A stretch of DNA of 63,908 bases, filler included. It is 7 parts of 7 records of this genome, joined end to end, with 100 filler letters (N's around TTAATTAATTAA, not from the genome) between each part and the next. Parts side by side here need not be neighbours in the genome. Positions count along the whole stretch, not along the records: positions 1 to 17,556 come from SRR31156797_40012; positions 17,657 to 22,813 come from SRR31156797_40017; 5 more parts are not named here. One strand, given 5' to 3'. How positions within the stretch are numbered: the stretch's first letter is position 1; each line of letters opens with the position of its first letter. Position numbers and translations under genes: made by a program. A model generated the notes under the pieces. That model was given only the letters and a program-made list of their open reading frames with translations. It was not told where the DNA came from and ran no database searches. Of this stretch, positions 11,607 through 22,298 are shown in pieces.

Positions 11607-11807
11607 ATTTCGGTGTGTTGTCGTGTTGTTAGACCAAGGTGTGCCGTCTGTCGTTCTTCTGTATCTCGGGTATGACAGGAATATGGGTGTTGCATAGTTC
11701 GGCCTTTTTCTTTAGGTAGCGGCCAATGCCTGCGAAAATTCGCCAGGGGTGGTTGGGTTTGAAGCAGCAAAATTTCATGTGATCCTGAAAGCCGTGGAGG
11801 CAAAACG

Positions 11808-12665
11808 ATGATTCTTCTGGACGGTAAGGAAACAGCGGCAACTATACGCGCCGAGATCAGAGAGGAAGTGGACGGACTGGGTGGCAAGTATGGCCGTAAA
11901 CCCGGTCTGGCCGTAGTGTTGGTGGGTGAAGATCCGGCCAGCCAGGTGTACGTACGGAACAAGGAACGGGCCTGTGCCGATTGCGGCATCGAATCCATTC
12001 CGCATCGACTTGAGACAGCCAGTCAGCATGAGTTGGAAGGGTTGATTCAGGAATTGAACCGCGACGTGAACGTGGACGGTATCCTTGTGCAGCTTCCCCT
12101 GCCCGAAGGGCTGGACTCCCAGAAAATTTTGGATCTTATCGATCCGGATAAGGATGTCGATGGATTCCATCCGGTCAATGTGGGCAAGATGTCCCTTGGT
12201 CTGCCCGGCTTCAAACCGTGTACACCTGCCGGTGTCATCAATCTTTTGAAGCGGTATGATCTGGATCCGGCCTGCAAGAAAGCCGTGGTTATCGGGCGTT
12301 CCAACATTGTGGGCAAACCTCTTGCCATGATGTTGTCTCAGAGCGGTCCGTGCGCTAACGCAACCGTCACGCTGTGTCACTCGCGCACGCAGGACCTCAA
12401 GGCCGAGTGCCTGGAAGCCGATTTCGTGTTCGCAGCCATTGGCAAACCCAATTTTGTGACCGCTGATATGGTCAAGGAAGGCGCTGTCGTGGTCGATGTT
12501 GGTATCAATCGTACTGACGAAGGTCTGGCAGGAGATTGTGATTTTGATTCCCTCAAGGATAAGGTGCATGCAATAACGCCGGTTCCTGGTGGCGTCGGTC
12601 CCATGACTATTGCCCAGTTGATGGTCAATACGTTGGAAGCTTTCAAGATGCACGTTGGCGCATAG
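11808..12665 (+). CDS. folD: Methylenetetrahydrofolate dehydrogenase/cyclohydrolase
   Basis: [35 protein letters not shown] and [11 protein letters not shown] motifs. Confidence 0.98.
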   Translation: MILLDGKETAATIRAEIREEVDGLGGKYGRKPGLAVVLVGEDPASQVYVRNKERACADCGIESIPHRLETASQHELEGLIQELNRDVNVDGILVQLPLPEGLDSQKILDLIDPDKDVDGFHPVNVGKMSLGLPGFKPCTPAGVINLLKRYDLDPACKKAVVIGRSNIVGKPLAMMLSQSGPCANATVTLCHSRTQDLKAECLEADFVFAAIGKPNFVTADMVKEGAVVVDVGINRTDEGLAGDCDFDSLKDKVHAITPVPGGVGPMTIAQLMVNTLEAFKMHVGA

Positions 12666-12690
12666 CTCATACAACGACAAATCAGTCTGT

Positions 12691-12723
12691 AAAACGGGCC
12701 GGTATATCCGGTCCGTTTTTTTT
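12691..12723 (+). terminator. Intrinsic terminator after folD
   Basis: AAAACGGGCCGG-TATAT-CCGGTCCGTTTT stem followed by a T-run. Confidence 0.8.
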
Positions 12724-12735
12724 GTTTATACGGTG

Positions 12736-12762
12736 TAAAGATACTCGTTGAGTGTCCGATAA
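12736..12762 (+). promoter_or_regulatory. Sigma28 (FliA)-type promoter
   Basis: TAAA-N15-TCCGATAA versus consensus TAAA-N15-GCCGATAA. Confidence 0.7.
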
Positions 12763-12769
12763 GGCTTGT

Positions 12770-13645
12770 ATGCGAATTCAAGCTGCCCATATGAATTACA
12801 ACTTCATGGAGAAGTTGAAAGAACGACAGAATCAAGGGGAAAACCTTGGTGCTGCCGGGGCTTTGCTTGAGAACCAACCCGGAATGCGTCTTGGGCAGAT
12901 GGCAGACATCAACCCTGCGAAAGACGGACTGACTCCTGCTCGCAAGGCTTTGGCCAATGCCCCGGGACAAGCTGGTAAGCTGCCGGAATCCTTTCCGGAA
13001 ACTCTGGGTGAAGTTTTCGCCAATGAAGTCGTCCGACGTATGGACGACACTGCTGGTGAAGATGGACAGTCCAAGGATCCGTCAGACCTGAGAGATTCTC
13101 TTGCGTCGACCATGGACTGGATTCGTGAACGGTACGGCGATGAAACCGCTGCAGCCGCATCTGGTATGATTCTTCAAGCCACCTCTTCCGGCGTTACAGA
13201 AGATACTTTGGGTGAGGGACTGCTCAATACCCTCAAGTTCATTGATCGCAATTTCGGGTTTGCTGCCGGAGATGCTGCTATTGCGAACTTTAACAGCGGT
13301 ATTAATTCTTCCATTAACGAGTTCTTTGACAACGGCAAGCAGGAATTGTTCTTTGCGGTAGATTCTCCGCCGCAGGATGGGCCGAGTGCCACACAGGACC
13401 TTACCGCGCGGGTTGTCGTGCAGGCGCTTCAGTCGGGGATTGTCGACGATGATGCGGAAGATCCGCTGACAGGTGTTCTCGACGACCTCAAGGAAGAACT
13501 TAACAAGATTGCAGAGCTTCAGGATTTGACATCAAAGCTTGAAGCGAAGTTTAATCCTACTGCTGCCAACACCGAAGCTGCACACGCAGCGTATCAGGCT
13601 CAGCCCGGATTCAGTGAGCCTCAGTTTACCAGTCTTACCGTATAA
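12770..13645 (+). CDS. Hypothetical acidic protein, probably sigma28-dependent
   Basis: Long ORF with no signal peptide or TM segment. The track's GTG at 12752 lies inside the promoter, so ATG 12770 (or 12791) is preferred. Confidence 0.75.
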   Translation: MRIQAAHMNYNFMEKLKERQNQGENLGAAGALLENQPGMRLGQMADINPAKDGLTPARKALANAPGQAGKLPESFPETLGEVFANEVVRRMDDTAGEDGQSKDPSDLRDSLASTMDWIRERYGDETAAAASGMILQATSSGVTEDTLGEGLLNTLKFIDRNFGFAAGDAAIANFNSGINSSINEFFDNGKQELFFAVDSPPQDGPSATQDLTARVVVQALQSGIVDDDAEDPLTGVLDDLKEELNKIAELQDLTSKLEAKFNPTAANTEAAHAAYQAQPGFSEPQFTSLTV

Positions 13646-13666
13646 AATATTTCGTTTGACCCCATG

Positions 13667-13694
13667 AAGCCGACCCGAAAGCGTCGGCTTTTTT
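13667..13694 (+). terminator. Intrinsic terminator
   Basis: AAGCCGAC-loop-GTCGGCTT followed by Ts. Confidence 0.75.
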
Positions 13695-13835
13695 GCGTTC
13701 TTTTTCACCCATGACGGTGAATTTCATTGAAGGGGTTGAGTCCGCAGTGTGCATACCAGATAGTGGTGTTTTAAAAAGGCTTGGTATGCGTCTAATTTTC
13801 TTGACATGGAAAGCTAAAAGCATAGTCTCCGCCCC

Positions 13836-14726
13836 ATGAACTTCTTGACTCCCGGCATGCGATACATGCTCCTCGGAACGTTTCTTTTTTCTCTCGGATC
13901 GCTCAGTGTCAAACTGGCGGGCATGCGTGTGCCGACGACAGAAATATTGTTTGTTCGCGGGATTATCGGTGTGGGGCTATGCTGGTATATTTTGCGTCGA
14001 GCTGGCGTTGGCGTGTTCGGCCAGCGCAAATTAGCTCTTTTCTTTCGTGGCTTGCTCGGTTTTACATCAATGCTGGCCGAGTTTTATACCATTGTTCATT
14101 TACCGCTGGCGGATGCATTGGTCCTGTTGTTTTCACATCCGATAGTGGTGGCGCTTCTGGGGTGGGTCGTTCTGCGAGAACGTCTGTCAAAAGGCAGCAT
14201 GGTCGCAGTGTTGATATCACTTGTCGGTGTGACTGTGGTTTGTCGGCCCGGCATTTTGTTTGGGACCGGGAATGCCATGGACCCATTTTTATTGGGTGTG
14301 GCTCTGCTGGCTGTGCTTTTGACTTCAGTAGCCATCTTGACTGTGCGCAGTCTGGCAAAGACCGAGCATCCGGCAGTCGTCATGTTTTATCCGCCATTGT
14401 TCATCGCTCTGCTTGCACCGATATTCTACGGTGAATGGGTTGTGCCGACAATGAGCGAATGGTGCATGATACTTGGGGTGGCTGTGTTTATGAATATGGG
14501 ACAGTATTACATGACCCGTGGATATGCCATTGAGTCGGCCGCTCGCATCAGTGGGGTTTCCAGTCTGGAGATCGTGTTTGCCGCCATGTGGGGCATGATG
14601 TTTCTTGGGGAGATACCGGATGTCTGGACCGTACTTGGTGGGTCGCTTATTGTCTTCGGCACACTTGTTTTGGGTAAGTGTGGAAGAAAGGAAATGCTTA
14701 CTCCGCCGCAGGGGCCGCCAGTTTGA
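13836..14726 (+). CDS. DMT/EamA family transporter
   Basis: About 10 TM helices in two EamA halves; LPLADA, LRERL and LGEIPD motifs. Confidence 0.9.
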   Translation: MNFLTPGMRYMLLGTFLFSLGSLSVKLAGMRVPTTEILFVRGIIGVGLCWYILRRAGVGVFGQRKLALFFRGLLGFTSMLAEFYTIVHLPLADALVLLFSHPIVVALLGWVVLRERLSKGSMVAVLISLVGVTVVCRPGILFGTGNAMDPFLLGVALLAVLLTSVAILTVRSLAKTEHPAVVMFYPPLFIALLAPIFYGEWVVPTMSEWCMILGVAVFMNMGQYYMTRGYAIESAARISGVSSLEIVFAAMWGMMFLGEIPDVWTVLGGSLIVFGTLVLGKCGRKEMLTPPQGPPV

Positions 14727-15501
14727 GGATGGTTCGCTGATTGATTTTGAGTTCTTTTAAGTCTTTGCCCCAGTATTTTTCAATCAATTCGTCCATGAGG
14801 CCGTTTTTTTGTGCTTTGATAAGTCCGTCTCGAATGATGGGTTCAAGATGCTTGGCAGATGGATGCAAGAAGAACCAGAAATCACTGTCATAGGAGAAAA
14901 GAAGGGTAGGTTCGACTTCGATGTCGTGTTTCCCTTTTATCTCATTTAGTATTTCACCGACGCCTCGTGACAGATAATCTACATTTCTATCCTGACTGGC
15001 GACCATTGGATATAATGCACGCCAATCGCCATCTTTTTCCATGAATTTCAGCGAGTTTTCTCGCCAGATTTGGACATCATGCCACCCTTTGCCAAAGCCG
15101 CCGACCTTATCGAGTTGTCTGAAATGATGAAGGTTTTCAATGTGAGAATATGTGTGTGCCTGTCCCTTGGGGATAACCAGAACCCGTTTGCCGATAAGAT
15201 TTTTCGTGAGGCCGACTTTTATAGGGACAAGTGGCAGTTCTTTGGCTTTTGCCTTGTGAAACCACCGTATATCAGTCTCGCCAGAGAGAAGCATTTCCAT
15301 GCTGCGTTTTAGTGGAACGCCCCCCACCGATTGCAGGTTGACTGTATATCCGGCGTCCTCGAGAGAATGGACCAGCAGTTTATGGAAATACCGATGGTTG
15401 CCAGTGGGAAGTTCCGTGACACGAATGGTGATATTTTCTGCTAATGACGCATAGGGCAGTATGCCTACAATGACCAGAGCGGCAAATAAACGAAGCAACA
15501 T
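14698..15501 (-). CDS. Periplasmic solute-binding protein (family 3-like), orphan
   Basis: Signal peptide; PLKRSMEML, GWHDVQIW, VDYLSRG and GLMDELIEKYW motifs. Confidence 0.7.
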   Translation of the reverse strand: MLLRLFAALVIVGILPYASLAENITIRVTELPTGNHRYFHKLLVHSLEDAGYTVNLQSVGGVPLKRSMEMLLSGETDIRWFHKAKAKELPLVPIKVGLTKNLIGKRVLVIPKGQAHTYSHIENLHHFRQLDKVGGFGKGWHDVQIWRENSLKFMEKDGDWRALYPMVASQDRNVDYLSRGVGEILNEIKGKHDIEVEPTLLFSYDSDFWFFLHPSAKHLEPIIRDGLIKAQKNGLMDELIEKYWGKDLKELKINQRTILKLAAPAAE

Positions 15502-15506
15502 AATGA

Positions 15507-15863
15507 TCAGAATTTTTCGAAAATCTGGAGAAGCTCTTCGTCGACATCGTCTGGTTCATTCGCATTGAGCGTGACCAGTCGGTGCAGGAAGGTGAAGCTT
15601 AATTCATCCATTTCCTTGAAGGTCATGGCTGATTCAGTTTTGCCGTGACGAACTATTTCTCCATCCACCACGATACGGATACCAGGCGACAGCGGCAGGT
15701 GAAGTTCGCAATGTGTTCCGGGTTTACAATCTTCACATCCGGTCAGGAGTGCGCCCTTGAGACTGATATTCTTGGTGGACACGGGAATGACTACGTCACC
15801 GATGCTGACGTAGGCTTCGAAACCAGCGGATACTCGTGTGCTGCGGCGTTTGTTCTTGGACAT
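15507..15863 (-). CDS. Single-domain PilZ protein
   Basis: RRSTR (RxxxR) and NISLKG (D/NxSxxG) c-di-GMP motifs; ATG 15863 with SD GGAGGA. Confidence 0.85.
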   Translation of the reverse strand: MSKNKRRSTRVSAGFEAYVSIGDVVIPVSTKNISLKGALLTGCEDCKPGTHCELHLPLSPGIRIVVDGEIVRHGKTESAMTFKEMDELSFTFLHRLVTLNANEPDDVDEELLQIFEKF

Positions 15864-15911
15864 GACGTATTCCTCCTGAATGAATTGATAGCATGAATCG
15901 ATTTGTATCTC

Positions 15912-15948
15912 AAAGAAAAGGGCCGGGATGCACATGCATCCCGGCCCT
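15912..15948 (-). terminator. Intrinsic terminator after glpX
   Basis: AGGGCCGGGATGCA-CA-TGCATCCCGGCCCT stem with a T-rich tail on the minus strand. Confidence 0.75.
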
Positions 15949-15971
15949 GTTATGAGCATATCCCGGCAGGC

Positions 15972-16955
15972 TTAGTCGTATTTGACCGAGCTGATCTGCA
16001 TGAGGGTTTCCCAGTTGTGGATAGCTTCCACGTAGCGGATGGTGCCAGTCTTGCCACGCATGACCAGAGAAGAGGTCTCTGCGCCATGGCCGTGGTAGGT
16101 GACGCCTTTGAGGAAGGTGCCGCCGGAGATGCCGGTGGCCGCGAAGAACAGGTCTTCGGATTTGACCAGATCGGACACGGTCAGCACACGGCGAACATCC
16201 ATGCCATATTCGGCCAGAGCATTCTTTTCCGTCTGTTTCTGCGGATCGAGCTTGGCGAACATCTCTCCGCCCATGATGCGGATGGCGATGGCGGAAAGTA
16301 CACCTTCAGGTGTGCCGCCGGTACCCATCATGACATCGACTTCGCAGCGCGGATCAATGGCCATGAGTGAAGCGGTGATGTCACCGTCACTGTGCAACTG
16401 GATACGTGCGCCTGCTTCGCGAATCTCGGAGATTAGCTTTTTGTGGCGTGGTTTATCCAGAACAAAGACGACCAGGTCATCCACATCTTTGTCCAATGCG
16501 CGGGCAATGAGCTTCAGGTTGTGGCCGGTGGGGGCTTCGATGTCTACCACGTCTTTGGCCTGGGAAGGCACGACGAGTTTCTGCATGTAGTAGCTCGGGC
16601 CTGGATCGAACATGGACCCGGCAGGGGCTACGCCGACAACGGCAATGGCATTGGGACGGCCATTGGCGAGCAGGTTGGTGCCTTCCAGCGGATCAACGGC
16701 GATGTCGACCTTGGGGCCATGTCCAAGTCCCAGTTTTTCACCGGCGTAGAGCATTGGAGCATCGTCCTTCTCGCCCTCACCGATCATGACACGGCCTTGG
16801 ATTTCCAATGTATTGAAGCTCAGGCGCATGGCATCGACAGCCGCTTGGTCAGCGGAAATCTTGTCACCTTTGCCAAGCCAACGGGCACAGGCCAAAGCTG
16901 CTGCCTCAGTGACGCGGACCAGGTCCAATGCGAGGTTTTTTTGTGGGGCTTCCAT
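15972..16955 (-). CDS. glpX: Class II fructose-1,6-bisphosphatase
   Basis: RVTEAAA, IGEGEKDDAPML, DIAVDPLEGT, GGTPEGV and FFAATGI motifs. Confidence 0.97.
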   Translation of the reverse strand: MEAPQKNLALDLVRVTEAAALACARWLGKGDKISADQAAVDAMRLSFNTLEIQGRVMIGEGEKDDAPMLYAGEKLGLGHGPKVDIAVDPLEGTNLLANGRPNAIAVVGVAPAGSMFDPGPSYYMQKLVVPSQAKDVVDIEAPTGHNLKLIARALDKDVDDLVVFVLDKPRHKKLISEIREAGARIQLHSDGDITASLMAIDPRCEVDVMMGTGGTPEGVLSAIAIRIMGGEMFAKLDPQKQTEKNALAEYGMDVRRVLTVSDLVKSEDLFFAATGISGGTFLKGVTYHGHGAETSSLVMRGKTGTIRYVEAIHNWETLMQISSVKYD

Positions 16956-16964
16956 GTGATACTC

Positions 16965-17556
16965 CTAGTATTTCTCTCGAATCATTCGGGCAAAGTTTTC
17001 GGGGGTGAACCCGTATTTGTCGGACAGGATTTTGCCGGGGGCGCTGGCACCAAAATGGTCCAGGCCGAGGACAACGCCGTTCAGACCGACATATTTGTGC
17101 CACAGGGGAGTGCGACCGGCTTCGGCAGCTGCTCGAGCCGTGACTTCCGGGGGCAACACTTCATTTTTATACGATTCGGGCTGATCGTCAAACAATTTGG
17201 TGGAAGGCATGGAGACCACGCGCACCTTGCGTTTGAGTACCTTGGCTGTTTCCAGACACAAGGAGACTTCGGAGCCGGAACCGATCAGGATAAGATCAGG
17301 GGTGCCGTCGCAGTCCTTGAGGACATAGCCACCCTTGCGGGGACCATCGGTCACTGCCGGATATTCGGCGGGATCGAGGACGGGCAGACCTTGACGGGTC
17401 AGGAATATGGTGGAGGGCATTTCTTCTTGCGTAATGGCGATATCCAGACAGACTGCGGTTTCCATGGCATCGGCCGGACGCAGATCGATGAGGTCCGGGA
17501 TCAGGCGCAGGGAGCTGACGTGCTCGATGGGCTGATGGGTCGGACCGTCTTCACCG
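16965..17556 (-). CDS. tkt: Transketolase, C-terminal part (5' truncated by contig end)
   Basis: Frame runs from the contig end as GEDGPTHQPIEH...RPADAMET; also LTRQGLP, GSGSEV, RVVSMP and FGASAPG. Confidence 0.95.
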
Positions 17557-17656
17557 NNNNNNNNNNNNNNNNNNNNNNNNNNNNNNNNNNNNNNNNNNNN
17601 TTAATTAATTAANNNNNNNNNNNNNNNNNNNNNNNNNNNNNNNNNNNNNNNNNNNN
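17557..17656. other. Artificial contig spacer
   Basis: N44-TTAATTAATTAA-N44 (stops in all frames); base composition changes abruptly across it. Confidence 0.98.
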
Positions 17657-18031
17657 ACCATTAACTTGGTATAAACCTTCTTTTAAAAGAATTGCTCCCC
17701 GAAAACCATTTTCGTCTATGGGTAGGTTTGCAACATAATCGATTGCTTTTTGAATAACGGTGGTAGCATCTCCGCTTACCGAAGAAACAACAACCTTGAC
17801 AGGAACAAAAGGAATGACCTTATTTGATGATTGATAACCACAAAATGAATAATCAGGAACGGTATTTCCAAGACTATCCGAAGTATAAACAAGTTTGCTC
17901 TGTTCCCAACGGATAGCAGGTAGATCATTTATCTGCGCCATTGTAACAAGTGGGATTAGCCATAAAAAAGCAAGCAACACAAATAATTTATGTTGCCTTA
18001 CTTTCTCTATCCTGTCTTTTTTATTTTGCAT
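17657..18031 (-). CDS. N-terminal part of a secreted pectin-lyase-fold protein (3' truncated)
   Basis: Signal peptide then GNTVPDYSFCGY...GDAT..IQKAID...RGAILLKEGLY, typical of beta-helix carbohydrate enzymes. Confidence 0.7.
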
Positions 18032-18036
18032 CCGAA

Positions 18037-18705
18037 TTATTTTTTCTGCTCTTCCAATCTCTTTTCCCAGGCTTTGCGTTCAGCCTGCAGGTCGTAGCCT
18101 CTTGCTGAAAGGTAATTGTTTATTCTTCCTTTATATTTCCCAAACCACTTGTGCTTGTCTTTCGACGAACCGCCATCAATAGCATGTTCACGTGCTTCGG
18201 TTAACCAAACTTTTATCTGAGCTTTCTCCTCATCAGTAAGGCTAGGAATCATGTCGCAGGTAGCATCGAAAGTTACTTTTAACACGCCATAAGTTAAACC
18301 ATCCTTTACTGCATCAATTTGCTCTTCCGAAATTAAGTTTTTTAACTGAGCATAAAAAGCAAAATGATGATCACGTATTTTTAGTTCCTGTTCTGCTTTT
18401 CTTAAATCAATTTTCGCGTTTCTTAATTCTTTGTTCTCTGTATATTCTTCACGAATTTTCGCCACATCAGCATTTCGTGCTTCTTCTGCATCGTTCAAAA
18501 AACGATAATGCCCTACAATAATATCGCGCACCTGAAGCTTAACCGCGCTATCGGCAAACTCCATGGCGTTTACAATTTTATCTGCTCTTCCGGTAATCAC
18601 ACGGGTATATTCATCCTGTGGTGATTCGTTTTTTTGCTGCGCCAACGACGTAAAACCAATCAGTACAGCAAAAAACAATAATCCTTTTGCATAAATTCTA
18701 CTCAT
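18037..18705 (-). CDS. DUF3826-like exported helical protein of pectin loci
   Basis: Signal peptide; VKDGLTYG and EAREHAIDGGSSKDKH.WFGKYKGRINNYLS motifs. Confidence 0.75.
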   Translation of the reverse strand: MSRIYAKGLLFFAVLIGFTSLAQQKNESPQDEYTRVITGRADKIVNAMEFADSAVKLQVRDIIVGHYRFLNDAEEARNADVAKIREEYTENKELRNAKIDLRKAEQELKIRDHHFAFYAQLKNLISEEQIDAVKDGLTYGVLKVTFDATCDMIPSLTDEEKAQIKVWLTEAREHAIDGGSSKDKHKWFGKYKGRINNYLSARGYDLQAERKAWEKRLEEQKK

Positions 18706-20403
18706 CTATAAAACTCCTCCTTTTTTCTCTAATGTATCGTAGTTATTATCCAAATTCGTCCAATCAACTTTTGTGGTAGGATCTATACCGTTAATGTATT
18801 TTTCAATGTTTGTATATCCATCGCCGCTTATATCTCCATTGACGTCAGAAGCATCATTTGGATTTAAACCGTACTTCTTCTCCCAGGCATCAGGCATTCC
18901 ATCGTTATCAGAATCTTTGTAAGCTATTCCTTTGTATTCAGGGTAGCCTCCAACTTGTCTGATATCCGTAATAATTCCTTTTTTCCAGGAGTCCGGACCT
19001 AAACGTCTGTGCTCAAATTGGTATATGTCTTTAATTTCAGTATAATCAGATTTATCTATTTTACCACTACGTACCTGTTTAACTATTCGTGAATCAACCG
19101 GGTCTCTTTTCGGAAGCGTTGCACCAACGTTATTAAGTACATATTCATATGCCTCTTGAGTTTCCATAATGGTTACATAAGGCATTAAAAAGCGTTTTGA
19201 AGATCTTATTTGTGGCAGATATTCACCTGCTCCGTCCATATCATTTTTTACCTGAACGCCTTTCCAATTATCCTTGGTAATTTCAGGGTATCCTTCCATA
19301 ATATTTCCTTCAACCCATACTTTACCAAAAATTTTTGTGCCAAATAATTCATAACGCGATTCTGCCTTAATCAGACGGTGTCCTACAGGTGCGTTTTTAG
19401 GCGTAACAGGCCCCGGCTTGTAATAGTTATTAATTAACTGGTAACGCGACGAATAACTTCCTCCATCGGTTGTACGGTGAGACCAGTTATGAATAATGTT
19501 ATTTACCAGGTTAAAGCCGCCATCCATTCCTACAGATGGATTTCTTCCCGTGTTGTTGGCCCATAAATTTCGTGCAAACATACAGTTCTGTCCTCCTAAG
19601 GTGCTACCCAAAGAATGGTTGTACGTGTCAAGCGCTTCAGAGAAGATACTGTTTTGAATGGTAATGTTAACGGTTGAGAATTTATGACGTCTTGCTTTGG
19701 GGTTATCTTCATCGTTGCAAAACATATGACGATACATACTCATATTTTCATCCAGTCCCCATGATGCCGAAACGTGGTCGATCATGATGTTACCCACCGG
19801 ATTTCCTCCAATTGCGTCTCCATCTGCGCGACGGCCAACCCAAGTTTCACCTCTGCGGAAACGCATATGACGGATAACTATATCGTGTGTATTGATACAA
19901 AATGTTTCTCCGGCAATACATATCCCATCACCCGGCGCTGTTTGTCCGGCAATAGTAATAAAAGGGGCATCAATATTAATCGGACGTTCCAGTTTTATTA
20001 TCCCGGCCACATTAAAGACTACGATTCTAGCTCCACCAGCTTCGCATGCTTCACGAAAAGTACCGGGGCCACTATCGGCCAAACTGGTAACAACATACAC
20101 TTTACCACCACGCCCGCCATAGCTGTACATACCACCACCTTCGGCACCAGGAAAAGAAGGGATTTCGGCCTGTGGTAAATCATCAGAGCGTTTTGCCCAT
20201 TGGTTATAGGCTTTATCGTTCTGCATGTCTTCATAAATTTTGGGCCATGCTTTCTCAAATGCTTCGTCTTGTAACACTTGCCATGCGGCTTCCAAAGAGT
20301 CAATAGTTGCTTGTATTGAATCTGTTTTTGGGTATTGCGCATTTGATTTGTGACTTAATGAAAGTACTATTGTTATTGCGATAAATGTTTTTAGAATTTT
20401 CAT
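18706..20403 (-). CDS. Pectate lyase (PL1-like)
   Basis: SFPGAEGGG...GGRGG.V..VTSL.DSGPG, TIAGQTAPGDG, IDHVSASWGLDE, RNP; C-terminal DSDNDGMPDAWE. Confidence 0.88.
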   Translation of the reverse strand: MKILKTFIAITIVLSLSHKSNAQYPKTDSIQATIDSLEAAWQVLQDEAFEKAWPKIYEDMQNDKAYNQWAKRSDDLPQAEIPSFPGAEGGGMYSYGGRGGKVYVVTSLADSGPGTFREACEAGGARIVVFNVAGIIKLERPINIDAPFITIAGQTAPGDGICIAGETFCINTHDIVIRHMRFRRGETWVGRRADGDAIGGNPVGNIMIDHVSASWGLDENMSMYRHMFCNDEDNPKARRHKFSTVNITIQNSIFSEALDTYNHSLGSTLGGQNCMFARNLWANNTGRNPSVGMDGGFNLVNNIIHNWSHRTTDGGSYSSRYQLINNYYKPGPVTPKNAPVGHRLIKAESRYELFGTKIFGKVWVEGNIMEGYPEITKDNWKGVQVKNDMDGAGEYLPQIRSSKRFLMPYVTIMETQEAYEYVLNNVGATLPKRDPVDSRIVKQVRSGKIDKSDYTEIKDIYQFEHRRLGPDSWKKGIITDIRQVGGYPEYKGIAYKDSDNDGMPDAWEKKYGLNPNDASDVNGDISGDGYTNIEKYINGIDPTTKVDWTNLDNNYDTLEKKGGVL

Positions 20404-20601
20404 CTTAATTCAATTGTTTATTTGTTCAGGATAGGATACGCCATTCGCATCAATCTGTGTGAGAACTTCAAATGAATTTTAATCATTCTGGCAAGTGTAT
20501 TCAAAATGCTAAAACTCAAGTTTGTTTCAATATTAAAAGAATCTACGATCCCGTTTTCTCTAAAAAAATTACACTTGTTTTTTAATCAATCTGACATTGC
20601 T

Positions 20602-22296
20602 TTATTTAATCAAATCCTTCGCTGACAAAGTGTTTTTATTATTGCTTAAGTCGGTCCAGTCAATTTTTTTTGTTGGATCAATACCGTTGATGTATTTTTC
20701 AATATTCGTATAACCATCTCCGTTACAATCTTCGTTGGCATCTGATGGATCATTCGGGTCGAAACCTAACTTTTTGTATTTCTTTTCCCAAGCATCAGGC
20801 ATACCGTCTTTGTCAGAATCTTTGTATGGTTTCCCTTTATAATCAGGGTAACCACCAACCTGGCGGATATCAGTGATAATTCCGTTTTTATAGGAGTCTT
20901 CTGGTAAACGGCGATGTTTGAACTTAGGAACATCCGAATTATCAAAACCCTTAACGTATTCCGGATTCCCAGTTTTTACTGTACGACTAATTCGCTGATC
21001 AACCGCATCGCGTATTGGCAAAGTTGCTCCTGCATTTTTCAGCACAAAATCAAAAGCTTCTTCCGCTGGAAGAATAGTCATGTGCGGCATTGGGGCCGGT
21101 TTTTCAGCCCTAATGTATTTTGTGAACTCACCGGCATCGGGCATGCTCTCAATTTGAACACCACCGTCCCAGTTGTTTGCTGTTACTTTTTCGTTACCCT
21201 CAACAATATTTCCATTTACATAAACCGAACCGTAAACCTTTCTGCCATTCATTTCGTAACGCGATTCAGGTTTCAGAATACGGTGACCAACTGACTTACT
21301 GGTTGGCGTTAGCGGACCAGGTTTAAAGTAGTTATTAATGATGTTGTAACGGGCCGTATGGTCGCCACCATCAACCGAACGATGAACCCAGTTAAATACA
21401 ACATTATTGGCAAAATTGAAAATTCCGTTCCAACCAATTGATGGGTTTCTTCCAGAATTATTTGCCCACATATTGCGGATAAACGAACAATTTTCGCCAC
21501 CCAGGGTACTTCCAAAAGCATGATTCCAAGTATCTAAAGCTTCAGAAAAAATGGAGTTTTGAATGGTAATATTTACCGTACCTAGTTTTACTGCTTTTTT
21601 CCTCGGGTCTTTCAAATACATATGACGATACATCGACATGTTTTCATCTGAACCCCAGCTTGCAGAAATATGATCCATCATAATGTTACCGATTGCGTTT
21701 CCACCAATCGCATCATCGCGACGTCCGACATTGGTTTCGCCTTTACGAAAACGTACGTGACGAATAATTACATCATGAGTATCAACCCAGAAACTCTCAC
21801 CTGCCACACAAATACCGTCGCCCGGTGCGGTTTGACCAGCAATTGTAATGTACGGTGCACGCAGCATAATTGGTGACTTTATACGTATAATTCCCGAAAC
21901 ATTAAAAACCACAATACGAGCTCCACCTGTTTCGCAAGCTTCGCGCAGGGTTCCGGGACCACTGTCTTCAAGACTAGTAACCGTAATTACTTTTCCACCA
22001 CGTCCACCAAAGGTGTACATGCCTCCGCCTTCAGCACCCGGAAAGGCCGGAATATCAGCTTGAGGCAAATCGTGCGGACGAGCAGCCCAAGGAATATAAG
22101 GTTTTCCCTTTGCTGCCTCTTCCTCAATAATGGGCAATGCTTTTACCCATGCCTCTTCAGAATGAGCATGTGCTTTGGCCATCATTTCGTTGGTTGCCTG
22201 TTTTACTGAATCCGGTACCTTTGGGTACTGTGCATAAATACTACTACTAATCAAAAATAAGACTATCGCTATCTTAATATTTTTTAGTCTTCGCAT
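20602..22296 (-). CDS. Pectate lyase (PL1-like), tandem paralog
   Basis: Same motif set as 18706-20403 (AFPGAEGGG, AGQTAPGDG, DHISASWGSDE, RNP, DSDKDGMPDAWE). Confidence 0.88.
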   Translation of the reverse strand: MRRLKNIKIAIVLFLISSSIYAQYPKVPDSVKQATNEMMAKAHAHSEEAWVKALPIIEEEAAKGKPYIPWAARPHDLPQADIPAFPGAEGGGMYTFGGRGGKVITVTSLEDSGPGTLREACETGGARIVVFNVSGIIRIKSPIMLRAPYITIAGQTAPGDGICVAGESFWVDTHDVIIRHVRFRKGETNVGRRDDAIGGNAIGNIMMDHISASWGSDENMSMYRHMYLKDPRKKAVKLGTVNITIQNSIFSEALDTWNHAFGSTLGGENCSFIRNMWANNSGRNPSIGWNGIFNFANNVVFNWVHRSVDGGDHTARYNIINNYFKPGPLTPTSKSVGHRILKPESRYEMNGRKVYGSVYVNGNIVEGNEKVTANNWDGGVQIESMPDAGEFTKYIRAEKPAPMPHMTILPAEEAFDFVLKNAGATLPIRDAVDQRISRTVKTGNPEYVKGFDNSDVPKFKHRRLPEDSYKNGIITDIRQVGGYPDYKGKPYKDSDKDGMPDAWEKKYKKLGFDPNDPSDANEDCNGDGYTNIEKYINGIDPTKKIDWTDLSNNKNTLSAKDLIK

Positions 22297-22298
22297 AA

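Noticed and set aside
11607-11807. ZTP or THF riboswitch upstream of folD
   Set aside because: No recognisable conserved core motifs.
17601-17612. Recurrent TTAATTAATTAA as a biological repeat
   Set aside because: Always centred in N-runs; it is an artificial all-frame-stop linker.
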